From Mayamaea pseudoterrestris (taxonomy: Eukaryota): a stretch of DNA of 64,000 nucleotides. Position numbers and translations under genes: made by a program. Below, in pieces: positions 54,864-64,000 of the stretch. Below the pieces are notes generated by a model. It was not told where the DNA came from, searched no databases, and saw nothing but the letters and a program-made list of their open reading frames with translations. The first letter of the stretch is position 1, and every line of letters starts with the position of its first letter. The DNA lies in contig BROI01000025.1 in the NCBI GenBank assembly GCA_027923505.1, positions 62,001-126,000 on the forward strand, read 5' to 3'.

Positions 54864-56660
54864 CTAGTCGTCAAGGTCATGGACTTCCATTTGAAAACCG
54901 GAAAACGCCAGGGGCGATGGTTGCTGCTGCCCTTGACCATCTGAGTGAAAACTATTCCGACGCAGCCGCTCGCTTCCCTCAACACTGGTCCGACGACTTG
55001 CTGTTGCATCGTTCGTTGGCTCGTTCATCATGTTTCCGTCGCGCGAGTACGACGAACCATTTCCAATCACCGACATTGGTAGCGCATGATACACTGACCG
55101 GTCACCATCAGCAGCACTTGCGTCTCCCGAGTCAAGTGACAGGGTGGTTTGATGGTGCAGGACCGAGGTGGATGAGTGATTGTCACGATCCGATCCAATG
55201 CCACTCATATTGTCTTGCATTGCGTGTGGCGGTAGTGGAATGACCGATAGCTTACCGGCGCTAGTGTTACTATCGCCCCTCGCATGATGCGGATCGTCCA
55301 GCTGACTCGTCATGGAAGTAGTGTTGGTATGTGTCGCATTGCTCGACATGGTCATCGTCGTCTTGATGCCACTTCCATTCAGCGCCTTTTGCGGCTGCTC
55401 CTGTGACTTGTCCTTGCCAAAATTATCTTGGTTGTGATAATAGTATCGAGCAGCTCGTTCACCATTCTCAAGCATGCTATCTCCACTGCTGGTGCTTCCG
55501 TCGTCGTCATCCTCCTCCTCATACATGAACCGTCCACTCATTCCAAATGCCATGCTCGATCGATCATTCATCCGTTCCTGCTGCTGTAGCTGGCCTTCCT
55601 TTTGCGTCAAGAATATAATATAGCCACCCGCAAACAACAAACTCAACAAGGTAATGACAACGGTAATAATAATCGTTCGATCATCGTCATTCACCTTGGC
55701 ATTTTCATCCACCATCATGATTGGCGCCATGGTGGGAACCGCGTTGCTCACTTGAATGCTTCGTAGACGCACCGGAATGGTATTATTGACAGCGTCGGTC
55801 AAGGACTGCACAAAGGGAGCTGAACCCCATTCAAACGGAACCATGAACAGTTGCTGAACCAGCTGCGACGTGTCGAGCAAGGCCGAGTTCCAGCCAGCGA
55901 GTGATTTTGAATCGTCGCCATCGTCGGCATCATTTGTGTCGTCATCATCATCATTATCGTTGTCGTCATCATCCGTCGCCACGGTTGGCGTCGACCCATC
56001 GCCTCCGGGCGTCCTCAAGGCATAGACAATCGTTTGATTGTAGCTAATGGAGACTGCCTTTAGCAGAAACTGGTTGGCGTTCGGCGGTGCATACGTGTCG
56101 TTGCGAAACTCCCAGGTGGGAACGATCCGAAAGGCGCTTTGGTCAATTCCGTCCTGGTCCTTGGTGGCGTCGAGCCGATGCACTTCAATGGGCGTGGTAA
56201 TGACGCTTTCAATGTAGACGGATCGAGTCGATAGACTGTTCCAAAATGACGCCACGTGCATGGAGGTGATGTTTTCCCAACTCAGAATCGTGCCGGGTGT
56301 AATGTCGGCTTGAATATTGTCAAAAATCATGGTGATAAAGGGTTCAAAGGCGGTGGATAGTTCTGCCGAAATCGTTGGTTCCAACGTTGGAACCGGCGCA
56401 ACTGTAGGTGATGGAGACGCGCTGGTATCATTTATTGATGCAGCGTCTGCTTCCCTCGTTGGTGCCGGCGATGTCGTTGAAAGACTGCTCGATGACGGAG
56501 TATTTGTTGAAAACACCAGCGTCGGCGCAAATGTCGAGCTCGCGGCAGGAGCAGCCGTAGGGCCATCAGTTCCATCGTCATTATTATTATTACCGTCATC
56601 TGTTTGAGCCTTACATTCTTGAAAAATAATCAAGGCAAATAGAAGGAAAAGCAAAGGCAT
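54864..56660 (-). CDS. Type I single-pass membrane protein (signal peptide, P/T/S-rich stalk, TM helix, low-complexity tail)
   Basis: MPLLFLLFALIIFQECKA leader; IIITVVITLLSLLFAGGYIIFL TM segment. Confidence 0.75.
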   Translation of the reverse strand: MPLLFLLFALIIFQECKAQTDDGNNNNDDGTDGPTAAPAASSTFAPTLVFSTNTPSSSSLSTTSPAPTREADAASINDTSASPSPTVAPVPTLEPTISAELSTAFEPFITMIFDNIQADITPGTILSWENITSMHVASFWNSLSTRSVYIESVITTPIEVHRLDATKDQDGIDQSAFRIVPTWEFRNDTYAPPNANQFLLKAVSISYNQTIVYALRTPGGDGSTPTVATDDDDNDNDDDDDTNDADDGDDSKSLAGWNSALLDTSQLVQQLFMVPFEWGSAPFVQSLTDAVNNTIPVRLRSIQVSNAVPTMAPIMMVDENAKVNDDDRTIIITVVITLLSLLFAGGYIIFLTQKEGQLQQQERMNDRSSMAFGMSGRFMYEEEDDDDGSTSSGDSMLENGERAARYYYHNQDNFGKDKSQEQPQKALNGSGIKTTMTMSSNATHTNTTSMTSQLDDPHHARGDSNTSAGKLSVIPLPPHAMQDNMSGIGSDRDNHSSTSVLHHQTTLSLDSGDASAADGDRSVYHALPMSVIGNGSSYSRDGNMMNEPTNDATASRRTSVEGSERLRRNSFHSDGQGQQQPSPLAFSGFQMEVHDLDD

Positions 56661-57299
56661 TTTGCATGTCCTCGTTGGGATGATGGAAGTAGAGAGGCTC
56701 TTCGGAGAAAATGTCACGAGCCTCCTCTTCGGAGCAGGCTGGAATTCAGAGTCAAACACATTTCGTGTATTCATATAGTTCGTCATCATCTTGTCCATTG
56801 AGTTCCACAGCAAGCAGCAATAGCAGCGAATAACGAGGACAAGGAAATAGAGAGTGGACTGGCGGAAGCATCAGCAGTCATGATGTCGCGGCGGCGCGGC
56901 GCGAAAGAACGTCCGTCCGTGACTCACGGAGTACCGTAGTGACAGATGCTATTGTACAGTACGTACATGTTGATCGATTAACACATTCGCGGCGGTGTAG
57001 ATCAATGGTTACAGCTGTTTTGCCCCAAAACTATCTCTAATACTGGTCATCTTTTTATGTCGATTGCACAAAAAATACTATCGCGCGGACAATATGAAGC
57101 AATTCCTAACAAATAGGTCAGTACAACCACAACCTAGCAATATATCTTTTATTACACCACTTAAGCATTAGTCATGGTCATAAAGTGAGGTTATTGAAAG
57201 GAGGCAAGCAATAAAGCAAAATAATGTAAATTCTCGAAGAATATCTGCATCGTTATGAAACGCACGTACTCCACATTGGCACAGTGATCTTCTTGCAAG

Positions 57300-58171
57300 T
57301 TACCAGAACCAAAAGTAGCTCTTTTTTTGCTCCTCACCATTCGTCAACGCCTGCACGTTGTAAGTAAACTGTTTGTTGAAGGCGCGGGCCTTCCAGTAAA
57401 AGTCAATGTACCAGACGAAAAAGGGAATGCTTTCATTCTTCATAAAGACGGAGCGAATAAAATCTTCGCCGTTTGCAACAATGAAGCTTCCCAGCTCGAG
57501 CGTGGACAAGTGCTTGACAATTTCATCATAGGCTGGCTTGACGTCGGCGGGCGTAAAGTAGGCGCGCATGAGTGGAAGGCCAATCTCCTCCTCCTCGGCC
57601 AAGTGAGGCAACAGGTTGGCTTCGTACTCTGTCACGTCTTTCAAGAGCTTGTCGACAGAGTCGTTGACTTTGAGCGCGGCAAAGGCGCTTTCGAGCGACG
57701 TGAGTAGTTTGAGAATGCTCGTGTGGTCATCCGTGAGCTGCGTAGAAGAGAAATAGAGATGAAGGTGTTAATTGATGAGCTGTGCTGTGTTGTCACGTTG
57801 TCAACTTCATATATCACAAGCCATCTACAAAACGAAAAGAACGCGACCATGAGACTCACCCTGGCCGGAAGCTTGGCACGCGTCAAAATGAAAGGAGTGA
57901 CGATGTTATCCTCGTTGGCATGATGCAAGTGAATGTGCTCCACGTGAGCGGCTGCCGCATCCTGCAACGCCTTTAACTCCCATTCCTCCTTGATGCCACC
58001 ACGAGCGTTGACCGCCGTCAAGGCTGACTTGAATGCCGTAATCTCGCTGCGGATGGCCGTGTGAGCCAGGATCCAGGCGTCTTCATCTTTGGGGTAGTGC
58101 CAAGAGGACTCCTTGTCGGGTCCAAAGTCTTTGGAGACTTGGTACTCTGGATCGCTTGTCTTGAAGGTCAT
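57300..58171 (-). CDS. Hemerythrin (HHE) domain protein; intron 57738-57859
   Basis: WILAHTAIRSE, HIHLHHANED, LTDDH, HLAEEE metal-ligand motifs; the GTGAGT...CGCAG intron joins two ORFs. Confidence 0.85.
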
Positions 58172-58670
58172 GGTCAATGGCGTTTGCAGTTTGCGAGAGT
58201 GTTTTGTCGCCAGCTTGTAGATTGTAGATTTGTGGGCAGTTTGATTGTTCCGACTCACAACAGCAGGAAGCAGGATCAGATGGCCATCTTATTGCCATGC
58301 AGGATCCAATTGTTCCGCAGAGTATTCACAGTCGAGATTGAGTCTTGCTTGGCGGCGCTCTACCCTCTTAGCTAACATTCATCGGCCTTTGAACTATTGC
58401 CATTGCATTCGAAGTAACCAGCATACCGGTAACGGTCCTAAAAAATTAAGATGTTGATTTGATTGAGCTACCAGTATATATGATAGACGCCTCATCTGTT
58501 AAAGCAGTGATAAAGATGCACTTTAACCGTGACCGAGTTACCTGTAATCCAGCGATGGAAAGCCCTCAAGCGTGGAGCCCCTTAGTGCTTCAACAGACAT
58601 GGAAAGTCTAGAAGTCTCATCAAAATCAGCTGGCTGGTGATTCAGCAGACAGGACGTGAAATTTAAAGCA

Positions 58671-60050
58671 CTAGCTCTGCTGCTGCTGGTCCATCACTTC
58701 TTCCTTGCTTTTTTCTTGCCGATATTGATCGCGCACCAGCTCGCGCATCTCCATGGTCTTGAGCCTCACTCGTTTCACAACGTCATCAATGTCGCCACCT
58801 TCCTTGTCCATAATATTCAATACCTCCTCCCTCTCTCGGTTGACTGCCGTCAAAATCGAGTCAACTTCCTCGGAACTATACTTGCTCTTGAGGAACTTGA
58901 GTGCAATGTCATAGGCTTCCTCCCAACTGCTTTCGCCTGTAAATGTCCCCTTGTCATCGGCTTTGAACACACCGCCACCAATGGAATTCGTCTTTTTGGC
59001 AGTGACAACCATTTCAAAGAGCTCTCGCGGCATCATTTGCTCCAACAATCCACGCTCCACATAATCCACAAAGTGTTTCATCACGTACGACGGCAAAAAG
59101 GCGGCGCTTCCCGCCAGTCGCTCATTCTTGTGCGTGACTGGTACAATGCCTTCCACCGTGCCGCACAAGTCATGGTCCACATCCAACACGGGCGCGCCGC
59201 ACAAACCTTCCGGCAGTGGCTCGGGTGTACTCGCAAAGAAGCGATCCTGCGTGTGCATGGAGAGGGTTCCCGTTTCTGTGTATGGGTAAAATATGCGAAC
59301 ATCATTGTCGACTGCTGCTGACGACGACTGTTTCTTGTCAAAGGTGGAACTGTCAGTGGCGTTTGGTTCCGACACGACATAACCATCAAATATCATTTGC
59401 TCTCCCTTTTCGTAAAGTTTGTCCGCGTGTCTGAGATGCAGTATCTCAACTCCCAAGCCAGTCAATATTTTCAGCGAGGCTTGTTCCTCCTTGAAATGAA
59501 CCAAGGCAATGTCGCGGCCTTCCGGATGGTGAAATGGTTGTGCGTTCAATGCTAGCTTGGCAAGACTCTCCTGCGGCTTGGTTGAATCGTAAACTTCCAA
59601 AGAATACGCAACATGCTCCTGTCTCACCTGCTTGAGCCAGTTTTGTGGATAGTAGTCGTTCCATAGAAAGGGCGAAAGAACGTGGCTCGAGCATACCACA
59701 TGAACCTGCGGCCGCAATTCTCGGGGAACGAATTCAAGCCAACCAAGCTCCATTATGTTGCGGCCAGCTCCTCCCGCCGGCGAGTACTTGTGTTGACTCT
59801 TGTATTGTTTCAGCTCTCGCTGACGCTGCGATGCTTCCAAATGAGCATATGGTCCGTCCTTTTGGTTTTCTTCCGGTGGATCAATGCCAAGAAGAAAGCA
59901 AGATGCTCGGCTGAGGATTTCATAGTCTTTCATTCCAAAATCTGGTTGCTTGAAATATACGGATAGTGCCAATGACTTAATTGGCCTTTGTGCAGTAAGA
60001 ATGGGAGTCATTCGCCGCTTTGCGACACGCATGACGCTAGTGAATCTCAT
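58671..60050 (-). CDS. Conserved-looking protein with a possible trypsin-like fold; basic N-terminus suggests a mitochondrial presequence
   Basis: VVCSSHVL / DIALVH / GLCGAPVLD motifs; Arg-rich N-terminus. Confidence 0.65.
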   Translation of the reverse strand: MRFTSVMRVAKRRMTPILTAQRPIKSLALSVYFKQPDFGMKDYEILSRASCFLLGIDPPEENQKDGPYAHLEASQRQRELKQYKSQHKYSPAGGAGRNIMELGWLEFVPRELRPQVHVVCSSHVLSPFLWNDYYPQNWLKQVRQEHVAYSLEVYDSTKPQESLAKLALNAQPFHHPEGRDIALVHFKEEQASLKILTGLGVEILHLRHADKLYEKGEQMIFDGYVVSEPNATDSSTFDKKQSSSAAVDNDVRIFYPYTETGTLSMHTQDRFFASTPEPLPEGLCGAPVLDVDHDLCGTVEGIVPVTHKNERLAGSAAFLPSYVMKHFVDYVERGLLEQMMPRELFEMVVTAKKTNSIGGGVFKADDKGTFTGESSWEEAYDIALKFLKSKYSSEEVDSILTAVNREREEVLNIMDKEGGDIDDVVKRVRLKTMEMRELVRDQYRQEKSKEEVMDQQQQS

Positions 60051-60243
60051 GGTGACAATGCGGACTGCGGATGTGATGTTTGTGTGGTCGATGAATTCTG
60101 CAAATGATTGTGTCGCATTGGTTTACGCTACGAAGTCGCACTGGTTTTCATCCTTCGTCGACCACGAAAAGATGCGCGATGCAATCATCCGATCATCACA
60201 CTTTCAAACAGCAAACAATCAATACAACTCTCATTTCACATTC

Positions 60244-61149
60244 ATGTCATTGACTGGTCGTTACTTGATTGATCGCATGAAGCGGGCCTTGCCTCGTTTT
60301 CGCTTGCCGGTTCCGCCCTACCATTTGCCGTCGTACTGGGAAGGCGTGTATCGCTCGCTGGGACCAGATGATTCCTTTGAATGGGGAAGAATCTCGTCCA
60401 GCGACTTGTTTCAATATAGTTACACGCAATATAATAGTAAAGATGGATATCAGAATGACGATTCACTTTGGAGGAGTTTGATTGCTACTTCTACGTCATA
60501 TACTTCCTCCGGCGTTGCATTTAAAACGACGACACTCGGCGAAACTCTCAACGTTTACCCAAACGCCACTAAGGACGAGCCTATTCTCATGCTCGGCTGC
60601 GGAAACTCGGAGCTTGGCCCTGACATGATTCATACAGGTAACTGGCGCGGACCAATACTCATGGTGGACGTTTCGGCCCGCGTGGTGGAATCCATGAGTC
60701 TGCGCCACGCCGAGTTGATTTCATCGGGCGACTTGCAATTCATTCAGGATGATGCAACAATCCTTTCGGCTTTTGGTGAGAATCAAGTGAGTGCCGTCTT
60801 GGACAAGGGACTGGTGGATGCCGTCTTTTGCGCCGATGACTTGCAGAGCTGTTGGAAGGTGCTGCAGAGTGTGCATCGGGTGTTGCAGCCTGGCGGATGT
60901 TTTGTATGCTTGTCGTTTTCGCGACCCGAGTTTCTACTGGAACGAATGTTACAGCCAGACGCTTCTAGCAGGAAGAAACACGAATCTACAAACAGTGCAT
61001 TGCTGGATGCCAGCAAGCGGCTCCAGTGGTTCCGCAAGGCATGGGAAAATGTCGAAGTGCGACAACTTGATCGGATCCTTTTGTATCGCTTTCGGAAAAC
61101 GCGAAATGATAGTCTTAATATTCGAAAAACGCGACGAGTACAACGGTGA
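60244..61149 (+). CDS. Class I SAM methyltransferase (EEF1AKMT4/METTL13-like)
   Basis: YW..VY, SFEW, ILMLGCGNSELG, VDVS, VLDKGLVDAV, HRVLQPGG. Confidence 0.85.
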   Translation: MSLTGRYLIDRMKRALPRFRLPVPPYHLPSYWEGVYRSLGPDDSFEWGRISSSDLFQYSYTQYNSKDGYQNDDSLWRSLIATSTSYTSSGVAFKTTTLGETLNVYPNATKDEPILMLGCGNSELGPDMIHTGNWRGPILMVDVSARVVESMSLRHAELISSGDLQFIQDDATILSAFGENQVSAVLDKGLVDAVFCADDLQSCWKVLQSVHRVLQPGGCFVCLSFSRPEFLLERMLQPDASSRKKHESTNSALLDASKRLQWFRKAWENVEVRQLDRILLYRFRKTRNDSLNIRKTRRVQR

Positions 61150-61207
61150 ATGGGAATGTAATGGAATGTGTCCGAAAAGAACTGGCTCTGCCGATAGCAG
61201 CTACCCA

Positions 61208-62608
61208 TCACGATGACTCGTGGTCTCGGCTTTGCCGCACTCGTTCCATGGCGGCGTCAATCTGCTCGACGAACCAGCGCGGGTTCAGAGCTGGTTCAAT
61301 GGTGGGCGTCCGAATCAAGTGCTTGCCGTGCTGCTCCAAGATTTGGGCGCCGCTCAGTGTTTCCCAACTGTCATCGTGCTGCTGTTTTCGTACACTAGCA
61401 ATCCCATCATGCTCCAAGTTGTGAATATTGTCATCAAACAAGACATGCTGTATCGAATCATTGCTAGGAATCCAAACGGGCTTGCCGGCCCATGGAGCAC
61501 AGCCATGCATCTTCCAAAACTGATAATCGTCTTGAATGCCGCAAACAGTTTGCGACTGGATCAAGGCAACGACTGCGTCATCGCCCGACGCCACTAGCTC
61601 GTCCGCCTGCCAAAGCTGGTACACGTGCGGAGGTTGGCGGGTCCAAACGCCGCGATATAGTTGGTCTGGACGCAGTATGAGATTTTCATTGTGAAAATTT
61701 GGATAGTCGGGATGCTTTCCTGTAGCAAAAAGCGAAAGACACTGGGCAATGTCATGAAGATCGCTTCCCATGGTTCTCAAGACGAGAGTCAGCTTGGTTT
61801 GTCGTCTTGAAAGTTCCTGTAGCGTCTCCCAGAATGCTGGCAAGATGTGGGGCAGCACTGGATGCGTCTCGTGCAAATGGTTCTGTGTGAGTTTTGATTC
61901 CAGCATGTCGTAAAGAGGCTTGTAATTTTTGCCACGGTGGTGAACAAACGTTTTGCTTTGTCTTTTATAACTGGTTCTGTAGTATGGACAGCAATTATTC
62001 GGCCATTTCCATTTCGTATACAATGGAGGAGGAGAACAATGATTTGGTGTCGTCGCATAAATGGGATCTCCATTCCACCAAACCTTAGGTACCAGCTTTG
62101 AAGTATGCTCTTTGTATGACAAAGGCATGGAACATTCCCCCGTATCTTCGTCTTCGTTCGTCCGATCACTTGCTGGTGTAGGTTCCATTCGCACAAAGGC
62201 TGACTTGGCGAGCATTTTATTGAGGACATCTTCACGAGTATCGCCACCTGCTTCGTCTCCCAAAAGTATCGTTTCATTTATATCAAAGTGTAAAACAAGG
62301 TGAAGAGGAATCTTATTAAAAAAATTAAAGACCTGCAACGGCGGCAGTTCATCTCGAACTATCGTAATCGTCTGCCGACTTGACAATCGTTTGTCGTCGT
62401 CAGGGTGAGTGGCCATGGCCCTCCTAGCAAGCAGAATTTTCTGGTTTCGCTTGAAATTTTGGAATGCCACTCTCAAATCAGCTGTAAGACAAAAGAGTAC
62501 TAGTAGGATGAATAGGAATGCGCGATTGCGCATCGGACAAGGTTGCTTTTGGCGACGTGTGAGGTGTGAGGTGATGGTGAAATTCTTTGTCTTTTCATAC
62601 GCGCTCAA
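61208..62608 (-). CDS. Hypothetical protein with HAD-like motifs
   Basis: LVLHFDINETIL, LVLRTMGSDL, VLFDDNI; start codon uncertain. Confidence 0.65.
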   Translation of the reverse strand: MSAYEKTKNFTITSHLTRRQKQPCPMRNRAFLFILLVLFCLTADLRVAFQNFKRNQKILLARRAMATHPDDDKRLSSRQTITIVRDELPPLQVFNFFNKIPLHLVLHFDINETILLGDEAGGDTREDVLNKMLAKSAFVRMEPTPASDRTNEDEDTGECSMPLSYKEHTSKLVPKVWWNGDPIYATTPNHCSPPPLYTKWKWPNNCCPYYRTSYKRQSKTFVHHRGKNYKPLYDMLESKLTQNHLHETHPVLPHILPAFWETLQELSRRQTKLTLVLRTMGSDLHDIAQCLSLFATGKHPDYPNFHNENLILRPDQLYRGVWTRQPPHVYQLWQADELVASGDDAVVALIQSQTVCGIQDDYQFWKMHGCAPWAGKPVWIPSNDSIQHVLFDDNIHNLEHDGIASVRKQQHDDSWETLSGAQILEQHGKHLIRTPTIEPALNPRWFVEQIDAAMERVRQSRDHESS

Positions 62609-62868
62609 TTGAGTAAAGGTGCGATTTTGAAATGTTCTTGTTTCTGACGGCGGGATTAGTTTTCCGGCCCCGGTAGGTCCAAATCAGGATCATTTATTAT
62701 ATCCCCTTATTCTAAGAAACTATGTCTGGCGAGGAAAATGCAAAGCTAGCTACGGTTCCATATACCTTGTTGTTGAGTAATGTCTTAACGTGATATTTGT
62801 TTAAATCTTCTAGTGTCTACTCTGTATCTGTACACGCTCAAACTATATCTTAACTCGTCGCCACCACC

Positions 62869-64000
62869 TTACCGAAACTGATTCGATGTGGTTGAAAAAT
62901 CGCCCGCGCACTCGGCAAACGGATCGTTTGGGTCAAACACCTTCTTGGGCTGGACCTGCGCCTGCTGATTGCCCATGCGAGCATTCGGTGCAAACATATT
63001 ATTGGGCATGTGGCGTTGTTGTTGTTGCTGCTGCTGCATCATCATTTGCTGTTGCTGATACATGAGCATTTGTTGTTGTTGCATCAACATGGCAGCTTGT
63101 GGATTCTGCGCTTGCTGCTGCTGCATCTTCATCATTTGAAGATTTGGTGCCGCTGGCATGCCATTGCCAACCGAGCTAATGCCGCTCATCATTCCGTTGT
63201 TTACGCTACCCATGTTCATGTTTTGCATCATGGCTTGCATCTGATTCATATTTTGCATTGGAGCCATGCCAGTTTGCTGCTGCATAGGATTCATCATCAT
63301 TGCCGCACCACCATTATTAACGGAACCAGCGTTCGTAAACGACTGTCGAGGAACCGGACTGCCATATAATGCCATAATATCGGCAGATATTGCAGTAACT
63401 GGTGGCCGAGTACCCGTAGGACCTTTTTCGGACGACCTGCTGCGTCGCGGTGACTCGAGCTTACGGGATGCATCCTTGGGCAGCTTCTCCGACGAATTGT
63501 TCCGACGCATTGATCGCCCACCTTCTGGCTTGCGCTCCGATGACTTGTCTCCTCGACGACGGCCAGAGGATGACGTCGGCACGGGACTTGATTGTTCCGT
63601 GGTTGTTGCTCCAAAGTCAAACAAATCGATTGGTGCACTCGCCGGTGCAGCCGCAAACCCATGATGATTGTTACTATGCGACAAGGCATTATCCGACTGA
63701 AAGTCCAGCAAGTCAATCAACACTGGCGGCGCCGCATTAAGTTTTTCCTCCATGGCCTCCGAGCTCTTGGTGCGCCGCACCGGTCCACGCTTGGGGCTCC
63801 TGGTCGTTTCGTTGAACGACGTACTTCCAACAGCAGCAGCAGACGACGTCTTACCGCCACCTCGCGCCTCCAGGCGACGACGCGCCGCATCCGACGGCGG
63901 TCCAATCGAAGCAGCAGCCGGTGGTGGCGGCGAAAATAGCGCGTTTCCAAAGTCGGCTTCAAAGTGCATGTCGGCTGGTGGCGGCGCCGATGCGGGAGCC
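62869..64000 (-). CDS. C-terminal low-complexity part of a probable clathrin-adaptor/endocytic protein (5' end outside the window)
   Basis: FEADF, DLLDF, DLFDF and DPF motifs; M/Q/N-rich tail; frame open to the window edge. Confidence 0.6.
   Translation of the reverse strand, partial: APASAPPPADMHFEADFGNALFSPPPPAAASIGPPSDAARRRLEARGGGKTSSAAAVGSTSFNETTRSPKRGPVRRTKSSEAMEEKLNAAPPVLIDLLDFQSDNALSHSNNHHGFAAAPASAPIDLFDFGATTTEQSSPVPTSSSGRRRGDKSSERKPEGGRSMRRNNSSEKLPKDASRKLESPRRSRSSEKGPTGTRPPVTAISADIMALYGSPVPRQSFTNAGSVNNGGAAMMMNPMQQQTGMAPMQNMNQMQAMMQNMNMGSVNNGMMSGISSVGNGMPAAPNLQMMKMQQQQAQNPQAAMLMQQQQMLMYQQQQMMMQQQQQQQRHMPNNMFAPNARMGNQQAQVQPKKVFDPNDPFAECAGDFSTTSNQFR

Overview
Gene-dense eukaryotic DNA with short GT-AG introns; the gene content suggests a pennate diatom (inference). 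Ordinary genes include an NVL/Rix7 AAA ATPase, a JmjC oxygenase, a HECT ligase, a vWA-like protein, two methyltransferases, an FGGY kinase, SPT4 and a hemerythrin-domain protein. They flank three accessory blocks. (1) An ~8.65 kb Helentron/Helitron2-type rolling-circle transposon (22146-30795) encodes HUH-Y2 Rep + PIF1-type helicase + Ulp1/SUMO protease, plus a second unknown ORF. Its 3' end is followed by a head-to-tail array of diverged 340-382 bp mini-elements carrying both of its termini. (2) Two paralogous secreted P-T-K mucin-like genes have a repeated Cys-rich globular domain; one has a run of phase-0 exons that are whole multiples of the 4-aa repeat. (3) Between them lies a Ty1/Copia element with identical LTRs, a 5-bp TSD, a broken gag and an apparent self-priming site instead of a tRNA PBS. 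A 677-bp TRIM is nested in its 5' LTR. The TRIM LTRs have TA...TA ends and contain a tRNA-like Pol III module whose CCA-matured 3' end would match the TRIM's own PBS. All calls are by eye from motifs; no database searches were run.
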